From: Chrysomallon squamiferum
Lineage: Eukaryota; Animalia; Mollusca
Direction of reading: 5' to 3'
NCBI GenBank assembly: GCA_012295275.1
Contig: CM022670.1
Span: forward strand, 27,528,001-27,592,000
DNA length: 64,000 nt
Under the pieces are notes generated by a model. That model was not told the origin of the DNA. It did no database searches and saw nothing but the letters and a program-made list of their open reading frames with translations. The first letter of the stretch is position 1; each line of letters opens with the position of its first letter. Positions 1-14,000 of this stretch are shown piece after piece. The position numbers and the translations under genes were made by a program.

Positions 1-3000
1 CAGGAAAATGGACAAAAGAATTATAAATAGCGAACACGTGACTGGATTCAGATAGAGAAGTGGGCCTTCAGCCCTGTACATCCATCCGTCGTAGTTTGGA
101 TTAGCTCGTTCTAGATTAAACACAAAAGAAAAAAAAGATTTAACTACTGCTTAAAAATTTAAAATTTCCAAGGGAAATTAGTGCTTCGGTTTAAAAATTA
201 TATAAAATAATATGCGAAATTGCAAAGGAATGGTAATGAAACGATAAATGTTTCACCGCATGATTAATCGACTGAATGCTCGATTATCGCCGTAATTACC
301 TTCGTCCTTGACACTAGGCAAGACTCGGATTGGAGGATGTCCGTGTCCGGGACCGGCTCTCTTACGACGATCGTTAGCGGGCTGTTGTTCTAAACACTAG
401 AAAATTAATACACTTCATTCAGTACTTGACAATTTGTAAATACGTTTTATTATTAATATAAGTTAACTGTCAGTTCTCAGCACTAGAAAATTAATATACT
501 TCATTAAATTGCTTAACAACACGTAAATACCTTTTATTATTAATATAAATTAACATTAAGTTCTAAACACTAGAAAATTAATATACTTCATTAAATACTT
601 AACAACTTGTAAATATATTTTATTATTAATATAAATTAACACTAAGTTCTAAACACTAGAAAATTAATATACTTCATTAAATTGCTTAACAACAATTAAT
701 TAATTTATTATTAATTAATATTTATTAGTAATGTTTAAAACATAGAAGATTAACAATACTTTATTATTAACGATTATATTTGGCTGTGTGATGATGTTAA
801 ACATAAGAACGAGAAATTAATTAATGAATAATTGTACCAACAACGCTTGTATGCATTTTTTTAACATTAGTATTTATTAGCTGTCACATAATTGTGAAAT
901 GAATAATGAAATCTGCTGAAATTAGTCCGTGGTCTGTTTCATCTATAAGCTGAAACATTTTCAGACAAGAAAGCATGTACCATATTTGAAACATGAGTCG
1001 ACTGGAACAGGAAACAGCTAAATGAACGCACCTACACAGATTAAGTCCTTCCATCCACGTCACCTCGATCTAGGTAATTTAACTTCTAACTTTTAGTTTG
1101 TACGGTTTTTATTTCTGGAAAAATTATTTGAATTTTTTTTACATGAGTGTTTTTAAAATGTCAGCTAATAAGAATGGTATGTGTATTACTGAGAATGCAT
1201 TGTGAGTAAATTAATCGCCTGAAAGGTGATACAGTCGCAGTTTTTATTTATTTCATTGACAGTTATAATTTTGTGTGTATTTGCGTATTTGTACAAATCT
1301 CTGCCTCTTCGCTCTCCATACACACACACACACATCTTAATGGATATAAATATCAAACGGAAAACTATAATAATAATATTTAAAAAAATAAAATAAAATA
1401 ACAAATCCTGCACGGATCCACATACATCGTGTATGACGTTGTCAACGTGAACTGAGATGAAGAATTAACAGAATTACCTGCGGCGACTTGCACGCGTCGG
1501 TCTGACACACGTATTTTCGTTTTTCATAACACCTGTAAGTCGACGTCCACTGCCCATTTGCCCCCAGGAAGACACACCTGTCTCTCTCCCTGGGGCGAAA
1601 ACCTCCGTCAAACATCTGTAAGTATATGACCTTATTTATTTAAATAATGAAAAACTAAAGTCAACCTGAATAACAATTAAGTATCCGTTTAAAAAATGCA
1701 GAATCTTAAAATAAGTTAAAAAATAAGAATTGAGTTTGTGATATACGTAAATAAATAATGCTAACTTAAATAAAAAAAACCTGTAAATTAAAATATTTGG
1801 TCGAATTAATGAAACACAAGACTTATAATCTGCATGACTAATGAAATGTAATGTGTAATGTCAAAACTTGAATGGCAACAGTATCAGCTAATAATAATAA
1901 TAATAACAACAACAATAATAATAATAATAATAATAATAATTCAAGCAGACAGTATTTTTTTTATATAGTAATAACAAAAATAACAACACCAGTAACATAA
2001 AAGAAATAACAGATATAATAATTTAATTACATTTAAGTAACGGGACACTTAAACCCGTTATCTAGGTTCTGAAAGAAAAGGTCACATATGCTTTAAATAA
2101 CAGCTTTATTGTTTATGTGGGGGAGTTCTGAATATATTAATTTACACGGGATCAGCTGCTTCCTTCTCTCGGCTAACCATAATTAATAATTTAGTAAGAA
2201 ATTTAATTGCAGAAGAAATAAATGTAACTGGCACCTGTTTGTGTTCAATAAACCAAATAAAGGGACTGGCTAATCCAGCGTTACGATGAAGTCCGATCCA
2301 CGCATTCTTGACAAAGAGTTTTCCTGCAAGACGAGAGAGAAGATTCATTAGCGGTGACAAAAATAAAGATGTCATAAATGCTATATGTTATCCATGTACA
2401 CAGACAGTTAGTTATAAATCAAATAAAACCAGATATATAAAACATTAGCAATTACAGGCCATTAGATAATTTTCACTTTACTTCAGATATTTTTGATTAT
2501 AAACATGTATTTGTTGTTCCATTTGACATAATAATTTACAGTTAAACCGGGCATCAGATTACTAACAAATTAAAATTATAACTTGTATCATGTCAAAACA
2601 TATTCTGTTACTGTCTCACCAGCGACAAAGTCATTCTTTTCTTTCGAGCCTATCGTGATGAGATCTCCATTTCTTTCCCTGCAGTCCTGTCTTGCTCTGC
2701 TAAAAGACTTGGGCTGATCCACGTACAGCAGACAAGTATCATTGTAACGCTGCCAGTTTTCTAAACAGTAATAATTTACTGTGGAAAAAAAAAAAATTTT
2801 TTTTTTATTGTTTATTATTATTAATTCAGAATCGGAAATATTTAACTTCATGTCTTCTTGTTCAGCAACAACATTTCAAGATTTAAATCAATAAAATTAA
2901 ATAATACGATAAAACGATCGTCAGTTTAATTTCTGCGAACTAAAATAAAACAGCATTATAGATTATAAAATGTGCGTGCAAAAAACACACACGCACACAC

Positions 3001-3460
3001 CCACATAAACGTCCACTAAAACGTCAATCCAAAATGTCGATTTACGTATTCAAAATTATAATAACATTTAAATATATAAATTAATACAAATATGTTTTCT
3101 GGAAATTGTCTTAAGTAATTTTCATTAACATTACTTTTATTTTCTTATTTTTTATCGTCATAAATACCTGTAAAATGAAAACATAATGAATGGTTTGGTT
3201 CTGTAAACATAAGAAACCTTTTGTTTGTATAATAATAATAATAATAATAAAAATAAATAAATAAATTAGCATTAACAAACTTAAAAAAAAAAAAATAATA
3301 ATAATAATAAAAATAAATTGTAAATAAAGAAACGAAGCAATTAATGTATAAAAATAAAAGCTAACCTAGCGTACCTGAATTCTGTGAAAGTATGTAAACC
3401 TGGGTAGAAGTGTGACTAGCCAATATCAAAACAAAACAGAGAAAAGTCCAAGACTGCCAT
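1..3460 (-). CDS. C-type lectin domain protein, multi-exon, probably secreted or membrane-anchored; 3' end runs off the window
   Basis: GT-AG exons 2620-2778 (YCLENWQRYNDTCLLYVDQPKSFSRARQDCRERNGDLITIGSKEKNDFVA), 2235-2323 (KNAWIGLHR, WIGL motif) and 1478-1615 (DRCVFLGANGQWTSTYRCYEKRKYVCQ) join in phase and give a complete CTLD cysteine pattern. Less certain: hydrophobic signal-like exon 3375-3460, microexon 3168-3200, and downstream phase-1 exons 300-389 and 1-110 ending in CSLFIILLSIFL. Two junctions do not keep frame as assembled. Confidence 0.8.
388..745. repeat. Intronic tandem repeat, about 87-bp unit, about 4 copies
   Basis: ttctaaacactagaaaattaata(c/t)acttcatt recurs at about 388, 474, 561 and 647. 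Confidence 0.9.
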
Positions 3461-6273
3461 ATCTGTGCTGGATGTCGGCTAAAAAGAACGGTCACGTACG
3501 TAATTTGATGCCAGGATCCAATGTCAAAAAACTTTAATCACCACAGCTCCAGACTGCATGTGGCAAAACGTTTGTCACGTTTACTAGAAGGAAAGAATTA
3601 CCTTTTTCTAATTCAGTTGCCATTTCTTTTAATAAAAACGAATAAATATAATTTATTGAATTATAAATATTATTATGGTTAAATATCAGGCGAAAGTTAC
3701 TGTCATTTATTTATTTTCAGTTTACTTCTCAATAGGAACAGAACAGTTAAATTTAACTCATCTTAACCTTTCATATTAAAAGGTAGTGAGGTTCTGAAAC
3801 AAACATTCAGGGCTGTCTGCGGGAAGGTGGATATAAACTGCATGTTGCTGCTGACTGAACAAGAATAGTTCATCGTAGTTTCTGTCTCCTTATCTGCATA
3901 ATTTTTAACCACACGTATGCTGTCAATGATTAAGAATATGTTAAGTGCTTCAACATTTCCTCCATTCCCCCCCTCCATATCAAGCATCTATTAAATATAC
4001 TAGGCACTAGGCTCAAATCTTGCACCATTTCTGTTCTATATTAAGTACAGATTTAATACCAGTTATTTGTTTCATATTGTTTCAAACATGATTAGCCTAA
4101 ATTGTTACAGTTCAGGATTTTCTATTGCGTAACAGAGCTAAAGAACTTTGTAACATTTGTCTGTCTACTTTGTAAAAATATTTCATGAGTCGCTTGTGGC
4201 TCACTAGTTTTATCCTTCTCTGAGCACAGTTCGGACATTTTGGTCAAAAGTGCTTATTGGCTGATATATCTAAGGCCATGGTATGTGCTGTCATATTCAT
4301 GGAGGAAACGTTTAGTGCATCAGTAATTGTTTATTGATGAACAGACCGTTGAATTCCTATATATTGTTATTATAAAGAGCATAAAATAAATAAATAAAAT
4401 GAAAGCGAAATAAATCCAATAACAAAATGTGTTATGGAGTCATTAAAAACAAAAGTTAATCAACCCACTGATATTGCTAAAATATAAAACAAACAATTTT
4501 ATTCTCTTAAAATATTTTAATAGAAACTGTACTTGAAAACAATTATAAATCATTCAGTCATTCAACTATGCACAACAAGTAAACCATTTTTCACGATTTC
4601 ACTGAAAAATATATGGATATACGTGAAACGTTTTGATATTAAATATTCAGAAACACGTGGAAAATGCACCTAAGATATGTTACATGTCCATGAACTGATG
4701 TAAAACCATAGAAATTATAAACCTTAAAATACAGTATACAGTATGAACATTCACAAATTATGAGATTATATCTTAACTAAATATATATATTTTTTGTCTT
4801 TCTTTTTCTGAGAAGATTATGGACAAATTATACTGTTCATGTATATATGTGTATGATATAAAAACATATAAGTTTGTAAATACAACATAAATAATCCTAT
4901 CAGTAATTAAATCAGTAATTAAACTACATTTTGGGGCACTAAGTTCTGCAAATATTCAGATTCTTTATGTCACAAGCTTTATTTTGATAGCACACTATCA
5001 CAACTGTTTGTGTGCTGTAATGATAAGCTGTGGTAATCACAGAAAATTCTCAGCAAATTTCCTCAATCTTTGACTCAAAAGTCCTTCAACCGTCTATAAC
5101 ATTAAAATTATTTTTAATTTCCTTTCTGTTGCAGTCATTAGATGCATATTTATACAGCGTTTTTCCTTCAAAACTGAGTAACAATGACTGCTTATTTTCA
5201 GTATTCGCTGAAGAGTTGTTATTGCAAGTTAATGTTTTCTTTGTAAGTTTTCTAACATATTAACACTGTTTTGAGCCCAAAACCCAGGCACCTTCATGAA
5301 ATGTAAACATTTAAACACTTTTCAGATGTTTGACTGGGTGAACTTGAAGCTTTGTCAAATCGTAATAGAAACTACGATAAAAAGAAATAAAACACAAAAT
5401 ATTTCATTTCAAATACTGATATGTAAGTAAAAACATGAATGGAAATAAATACAACAAAAACAAAATAATAAGAAAAGAAAAGAAAATTAAGTAGCAGCTT
5501 GTTCTAATTAAAACAAGCTGTGTCTAAATAAATATTTAGTTCAATGATATGAAATAATATTGTAAATCTAGCAACAAGAAGTAAACAAAAGACAATATAA
5601 AGTGCAATGACATAAACATTTTAAAACTAAACATAAATACCAGTTTTAAAATCCATGATGATATAGCCTTGATAAAACATTTCTTAAAGCAGCACATCAT
5701 CAAATATATCACAATAAAATGTTCACTCCTGGTAGGTTCAGTCATACAGAGGGACTTTTTATCATATCAATGTGTGTGTTTGTGGGTATGTTTACATTTA
5801 CTTTTTCTAGTTTCAGTCAACAGTTTAATTTTTACTTGTGCCCGTTTTTCCTAAAATAAAAGTATGCCAATCAAAGAATGAACGGAAACATTTATTTTCT
5901 TATTTTTTAAAGAATGAAAAAATAAATGCCTCACAGACTAAATGAAAATGTAGCTTCATTAATGTAATTTATACATATTGCTGTTTTTGTAAAGCCTGTA
6001 CAATCGTCTACTTTATTTTTTAACAAAAACTTCTTTTTGTATGAAATAACATCACGAAAGCTGGAAAATGAAGCTTCCATGCATTCTCACCAATTTCTTA
6101 CTTTATTATCATTATTGTTATTAATAAAAGATGGTTAATTAATAATTTAAAAAGAATTTACTTAAGTGATAAAATGTATATTTCAACATTCCATGAAAGG
6201 TATGTATCATTTAGATGTTATTCTATCCCTCACAAACGAGCATTAACAATATTTATTAAAATTATTGCTTGCT

Positions 6274-8219
6274 TTAATAATGCATCGTGTTTGGAAGACT
6301 GTATTTTTGCTTAATATAATCATACCAAGCTGAAGCTTCATCTCTAAACATGTGTTTAAAATGTACATTTATCAACATCATTTTCTTCATGTCAAAGTCT
6401 CTGCAGAAACTGTTGTACAGAACGAAATTCCTGGAACGAAAAAATAAATTAAATAAAAGTTAAAAAATTACGTATAAAATTATTACAAATATAGTAAAGA
6501 ATAAAGTGTATTTATACAAATCCAGTTATAATTGCTGGAACTGTTCAAGTGATAATTTACAAAAATGTATGTTTGTTTATTTAAAATTTACTTCAGACCT
6601 GTGAATTTGTGAAGAGAAATGATCTGGCAATGTATATTCTTTGTTCATGTTTGTTGTATCTCCAGAAATGAATAATTTGACCTGAAACACAAAACAAATA
6701 AATATGTAATAAGAACGGCTAATAACTTTTCTAATTAGGAAAAATCTTTAAAAATTTTCAGTAACTAAGTATAGTTGTACCTTTCTGAAGTGTATATGTA
6801 TGAATAAAAATTTATTTTGTAACATGTAACTAAAAGTTAGGTTTTTTTGTTTCTTTTTGAAACTTTGAAGAGAAATTAATATATTAAAAAAAATTAAAAA
6901 TTAAAATAACTCTCAAAAATCTGAATCAACACATGACCTGACAAATGCCAGTTTAAAGCTGTGGTATATAGTATCCTTTTGAAGGGGCATAACTCTTTTT
7001 GAGACATCCATAATAATATCTGTCTTTACCTGTCATCTTCTGTTGGTAGTTGCCATGGTTATCAGCGATGAAAAAGCAACCTTCTGTAGAGGAGATCTGG
7101 TCATGTTTGAGCGTGTTAATGAGTACATCCTCTACAAGAGGTTTAAATAAGGCCGTGCCCGATTCTTCCCAGTTCTCAGTTTGGTAAATATTACCAGATT
7201 TTCTGACTGGCAGGAAATGATAGTCTGAAAATAAAAGAAATTTATGTATTATTAAAAGTTTAATAGTGGGCATGTTATTTGTAGACAGCACTTACTGATT
7301 TGTGCATTGTATTTTATACTGGTCAACATTTAATACTTTTCAGTATTTCTATAAACAATTAAAACAGAAACAGATCCATTCAGGAATATGTTTTTTACTC
7401 ATCTGATGCAAATACAAATTTTAAAAACAAATTAGGTTATAAAAAATATGTATGATACAAAATCAATACAATAACTGCACATTTTAATATTAATTGATAA
7501 TTATACTAGGTACGTAAGTGTCTATATTTTAATAATTCCAGTTCAATATGTATATGTATATAAAATTAATGATGAATTCAGAAATGTGTCAAATGTCTAA
7601 AACGGTTATTCTTATTAATAAACAGCTATGAATCTGTTATTCCTTCACAGACAATGACATAAAAATAAATACTGGAAAATTCACAAAATTTGAACTAAGT
7701 GCCTTTCTGTCTTGAAACCTTTCCACTAAATACTATTAAGTTATTCCAAGTCCCACTTTACAGTCACAGTAACCTGTCTCAACCTACTTTCTATTAAGAG
7801 TAAATTTGACAACTGCACCCACACTAACCTAACTAACTTCACCCAACACAGCCTACATTTTCCTATGGTTCATTTTTCTTTATTTATAAAGTATGACATT
7901 CATATACAATGTCTTCATGTCCCTATATTGTTCATACATTTTTTGTCTATAACTGTATTATATAGCTTTTAGGTGTACCAAAGTTTAATGTTTACATTTG
8001 TGTTTTCCCACATTTTTTTCTGCATTTTATATCTGCCTGTGAAACTGAGGGTCAACAATACATAAAATTCAAAAGCAACCTACTTGTTCCTGAGGATGGA
8101 CTTTTGAAAGTCTCAGATATATCTTCTGTGAAGTCCATTTTCCTTTTCTTGCAGTTCATCAAAGCACAGGAAATTCCATTAGACTCAGAGTAGTTATTAT
8201 TTTCAACAGGGCTTATCAT
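6274..8219 (-). CDS. Uncharacterised 4-exon gene, inverted copy of 46552-48512
   Basis: Reverse complement of the + copy with the same splice sites; ORF 6953-7291 is identical to ORF 47495-47833. Confidence 0.5.
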
Positions 8220-8698
8220 TTTTGATGAAAAATGTTAAGACTGTAATAAAAAGAATAAATGAATAAATTCTGAATTAAATTTGCCTGAACATTAAGTTTC
8301 TGTAATATTAAGTTTATAATAATGATAATAATGAGTAGACAACCAGTTTCACTTGTATCTTTGTGTCAAAGACTTAAAATAAGCTATACAAATATCAGTT
8401 TCCTAAAAACTAATGGAGTCTCTTGATTACAATCTTCGTATGTGAAAACTATCTGGAAAAGTTTGATTTGTCCTCCCAAATTGTTACAGGTGCAAATTCC
8501 GATATATATATGTATATATATGTACGTATGTATGTACATCTTAAATAAACAAAACATATCATCAATATTTTGGATAAACAGAGCCATTTTTACAATACCA
8601 GTTGTTTTTTATCAGTATATATATTTTATCTACATACCAATACTAGAAGTAAATGGTATTATACATATATACATTTCTGAGGGTAATATAACACACTC

Positions 8699-8753
<55 letters not shown>

Positions 8754-9251
8754 ATCATACATACATACATACATACACACATATATACACACAGCATTAT
8801 TAAACTTTAACCTTTATCCCCAGGATGTAAGACCACCATTTTGAATGCTATGATCATCTACCAACACCGACTGTGACAAGCAAGTGATTTGTCACACTAA
8901 AACTATTACTATTAGTACTTCCCTGTGCAGGTTCACTGGAAGGACACTTGTTTAGCTTCACTTAACACTGAATGTTAGTTAAACAGATTAAGTTTTATAA
9001 TAAAGTATAATAAAGATGGAAATATCTTTTTACTTTTATTAAGAATGTTCAAAATTATATCTCTATTAATACTTTTTTTTATTTATCAAAATTTGACTTA
9101 TTTATATAATCTTATTAAAATGATATATATATATTTATATCTCTGGCCTCATATATATGTATGTATGTATGTATGTAACTTTTTTTTTTTTTTTTTTTTA
9201 ATGATCCTAGTTCAATACTGATAAATACTGAATAGGTAGATGGATAGACAT

Positions 9252-9293
<42 letters not shown>

Positions 9294-9990
9294 AATAGAT
9301 AGATAGATAGATATAAAAGAAAAGGATAAAGAAGTAAAATACATTGATTTCACAAAAACAGGGACAATATATATATATAATCTCTTTGATAGACTATACG
9401 TATATGTGTATGTATTTATACATTACATAAATATATGCACATTCCCATCCACACCTGCATATATATTTCATCACCACTTGCTGATTTATCATTTAAATTT
9501 AATAAGGATCTCAATTAAATAACTACCTAAACTTATTTCAGTTTCTGGTTGATCAGTATATTTTTCTTTAAATAAATAATAAGATAACATCCAGTACAAA
9601 CGGCAAGCACTGACATTCTTGTCGCATACACCTCCGAACTTAATTACTAACGCTGATAATAAACCACTTCTATTATAAAATTATTTCTAATTTACTTGAC
9701 ATCAAAATGTTTAAATTTTTGTTTTGATAGTGCTGGAGATAATTTAATCAGTTAATCAATTTTAATGGTTTCTGAAAAAGTCACTAAAGTTAATTAGTTA
9801 TTTATCATTTTATGTATTTATTATTATTATGTTTACTTTATTATTATTATTTTTTTTTTTTTTTTACGCGAATGTAATTTATTAATATTCAAATAGAAGA
9901 TATGACCAATAACAAAGTTTTTTTCATGTGATCAAGATATACAAAAATGTTTAATACACTTTCATTTCAACCACTAGATTGAAGAGAGAG

Positions 9991-10046
<56 letters not shown>

Positions 10047-10340
10047 CAGAATTTAGCGTTCAAACGTTCACCTTTCGTTTGTTCTGGGTTTCCTTACAGA
10101 ACTAAGTGCGAACCAACTAATACTGGAAAGTAGTGAAACAACCGTAAGAACTATGCTACAATTTTTTGTTTTACTACTAACAGCTTGCTTCACAAATATG
10201 TCAGATTCTGACACAGACAGCAATGCTTTGGATCTGACAGGTGTACACGTAACTAGATCTGTTCTAAATAAAATGAGTCTAATGAGCTGCTGCAATCTAA
10301 TTTAAAAAAATAATAATAAAAAAAAAAAAAAAAAAAAAAA

Positions 10341-10403
<63 letters not shown>

Positions 10404-10739
10404 AATAAATAAATAAAATAAGAATAAAAACAATAGAAACAAAAACATATTTCTATACAGGTATAGGTTTAAATTTTCCTGTGTATTGTGTCAAAATGTT
10501 TTGAAAGTAACTACTGCTACTGCTACTACTACTACTACTACTACTATTACTATTATTTTAACATATTTTGTTAATACACTGTTCACTGTGTGAGGTCACA
10601 TAGCATTAATATAATTATCTTTAGCCAATCCTAATCTGTTTATTTACCAGTTAAAGGAAATTAAATTTAGTTTATTATCTTTGAAGTTAATTTACAGCCT
10701 TTAAAATGCGAATCCTAACATGTATTCTTTTGCATGTTT

Positions 10740-11047
10740 CTATTCAATTTTCCCCGCCAAACAGTTGATTGATCAATCCAGAAGTTGTCCCTGGCGACGG
10801 CTCTTGTAAGCGATTGGTGAATGTTAGTCACGTGTAAGTGTTTATCATTTCTATCTGGTTAAGCTGGATGTCAAGACAGTTTTATGTTTATTTCACAATA
10901 TTTATAAGGGAAGACATTATTATTACTACAGCTAAAGATCTAGATTTAAGACTTCAGTAAGCTGGACAATAAATAAGCCTACCTGCGTAGCAATACGGAC
11001 CATAGAAATCGCAGCTTCGCTGTATAGACAAATTCGTCACTGTCGTG
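10740..11047. promoter_or_regulatory. Putative bidirectional promoter and 5' UTR region of CDC14 and the divergent gene (left copy)
   Basis: Locally CpG-richer. E2F-like ttttccccgccaaa at 10748-10761, ATTGG (reverse CCAAT) at about 10814, gtcacgtg E-box at about 10827. Confidence 0.45.
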
Positions 11048-14000
11048 ATGTCAGAAATAATTGGGAGTTCCTGTGAATTTATTCCAGGTAAATTTCGATC
11101 AATATTGACTATCACTGAATCGATCTCATTTACATAATTTTAAAGCGTTGCCAAGACTAAGACGTCAAAGTTAAGTATTAAAATAAAACTCATTCACACG
11201 ATTAAGTCATTGCCCCACTTTTTTCTTTTTCTTTAAAAACAACAAAAAAACAACAACAACAACAACAAATGTAATAAAGAAATAATCGATAATCCTCTTG
11301 GAAACGTAGCTTTTATTATTATTTTTTTTTTTTTCATTGCTGCTAGTGTAGTGATAAAACTGTGAATAATTGTTTTCTACGATAACACAGCCAGCCATAC
11401 TACTATTATAACCGGTGTTCATGCAAAAACGGTTCCATGCAATCCAAACAAGTCTAGTGAGCGCCGTCGATCTATTTTTCGAACAAAGTATATGTATCTG
11501 ATTTATTTATTTATTTTTATATTATAAACAAAACGTATGCAAATCAAAAGTTACATATTTTTCCAAAAATAGATCGGTGCCGTTCACTAGACTTGTTTTG
11601 GTTACAAGTAACATATTTGTTTTGCATATAGTACATCATGTACACCGCTAATCGCGACAGCACAGCTGCCTCTGTTATCGTTGGTATAACTGATCGACTT
11701 GACGAGTTGGACAAGAAAAAACCGTTTTTTACACTTTTAAATGTTTGTTTTTTTATCTTTAATTTAATTTTTAAAGGATGACCTAACCTTAATAACGACA
11801 GTAAATTATTATTTGTGTTTATATTGGTTTGGTCCGCGTTTTTAACGTAAGATAAATCATTAAATGCTAATGTTTTATATAAATTTATAATGTTGAGTAA
11901 AAATATACATCTGACTTTTCATAATTTCGTTGACTCATTGTTTTCAGAGTAAGTGCTGTTTGCCAGAAAGTGTAACAGGCGACTAAACTATTAATAATGT
12001 CAGTGCTGACTGGATGATTGTGTGTTCTTTGTTAAGCTATATGAAATATCATATGTGTTTTCAAACCATTTATCATTTGATGACAGCCATGGAAGTAAAC
12101 CGATGCCATCTCAGATCTTTGTTTTCACAGAGGTTGTAAAATCAGTCACACTAAATATCTGACCTTGTTGACTTCTCTACATACATGTACTAACGATTCT
12201 AGGAAAATAAGTCACAATTTGTAATTAACAAATATATTAGAAATGAAAGATTGATTGAACACATTTTGTCAGAGTTGTACAGTTTTAATGTTAATGGTTT
12301 AGGCAGATACCAATACCACGAAGAAATTCTGCCAATTGCAACTAGATCTTTTGACGTATTTCCACCACAACTTTGTTTTGTGAGATGCATGTTTGGTATA
12401 TATAAACCCCTCATAACAGATTTTGTTATCGCCCTTTTGCTATGAATAACTTCCCTATTAAACATATTTCTGATAGAAGAGCAGTCTGGAGTCTATAGAG
12501 TGAAACACATTTTAACCTGGGATATTTTATAAATCATTTACAATAGGAAACCCTCAGTTTAAATATATCCTAATCCTGCCTGATCCTAATTAATAAGTGT
12601 AACAAGTCACTACCCTTGCACCCCTATCTTTAATCTAACCTAATCAATAAGCTTAACAATTACTCCATGCATACTATGATGCCACATTCAGTACTCTACA
12701 AACCAATACATTTTGTGACTTTTTTCCTGTAGATACTAAATTGTGACTTCATTCTGTGACTTTTTTCCAGCCACTGTAATAACAACACAGTCAGTCTGAA
12801 TTCAAAAGCTTAATCAATAATTAATACACCATTCATTTCTGGTTATTGCTGAACAAAGAAAACACTAATTGACAATTATTTCAATTATAGAAATGGCCAA
12901 AAATTTTAAAATAATAATAATAATAATAATAACAATAATGAAAATTGAAAGTCTGATAAATGAACATGCTTTTGAAGACTAAGTTTGGTACCAAAGATTT
13001 TAAATCAGTCACAGTCTGGAAAAAAAAAATTCCTCCGCAACTGATTTAAAGTGTTCTTTCCCCTTCTTTAAATAAGACTGAAAATAAGCTGAATGACAAT
13101 AAATTGTTTTACAAATTATTATTTAATAAAAGTCTGCATTCTGATACTTTAAAGGTCCATTACTTTTGTGTTCACTCTTATGATTAGTTGTATTTAAAAA
13201 ACAAGAAACAAATAGAATTCTTGAACAAGTACTGTTAAAATACTTTAATAACTTATAATTACTACAGACATTATATCAAATTATGTGCAGTGTCTTTTCC
13301 TTTTCTTATTTTAAAAATCTTTTCTCAGAATCTGGGTAGAGAAAGAATATAAGATATAATTTATATTTTACAGGACATTTGTATTTTGTAAGCTTAAAGA
13401 AGAAGCCAAAGCCAACCTCAGGAATTTATTATTTCAGTACTGATGACGAGTTTCAATACGACAAGTAAGTATAAATTTATGATCTGATTAAATAAAGTAG
13501 AGTGTTTTCACTCTGCGTAGTGCAGGTTATTGGTTAGAAGTAGAAAGTGATCATTTAAAGGATTTGTGGATGGAATTTGACGAAGTGCATTTCATTGTCA
13601 GATAAAATCTTAATTATAATATTTAATTGTATATCATAAAGCCAGATAATATTTATTTCAACATTAGTTTCAGGCAAATTTTAAATTGATGTGTCGAATT
13701 GAAATTTATTTGTTTTTACATTAGCATTTTCTTTAATTTGTTACTGACTAATTTAGAATTTTGATCTATTGTTAAAAATAGACTATTATTTATTAACTAA
13801 AAATAAAGATTATTGTCCGTAAATAAACATAGCGAATATATCTAGACTAATTGTTAGGATGGGAAACCAAAAAGACATGATAAGCTTTTCTTGTACAGTT
13901 TGCCCAAAATCTGACTCAAATGCACACATTATATAATATTTCTACAATTACATCCAAAAACTGATGATGAAATTAAATAAATATTTGAAATAGAAGCATG

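Noticed and set aside
7820-7850. ctaacctaac as a telomeric TTAGG repeat
   Set aside because: Only about two units, too short to be meaningful.
12199-12780. ORFs 12199 and 12251 and the tgtgactttttt(t)cc and taacct motifs as a gene or a defined transposon
   Set aside because: Possibly an old DNA-transposon remnant, but I could establish no convincing protein motif or element ends.
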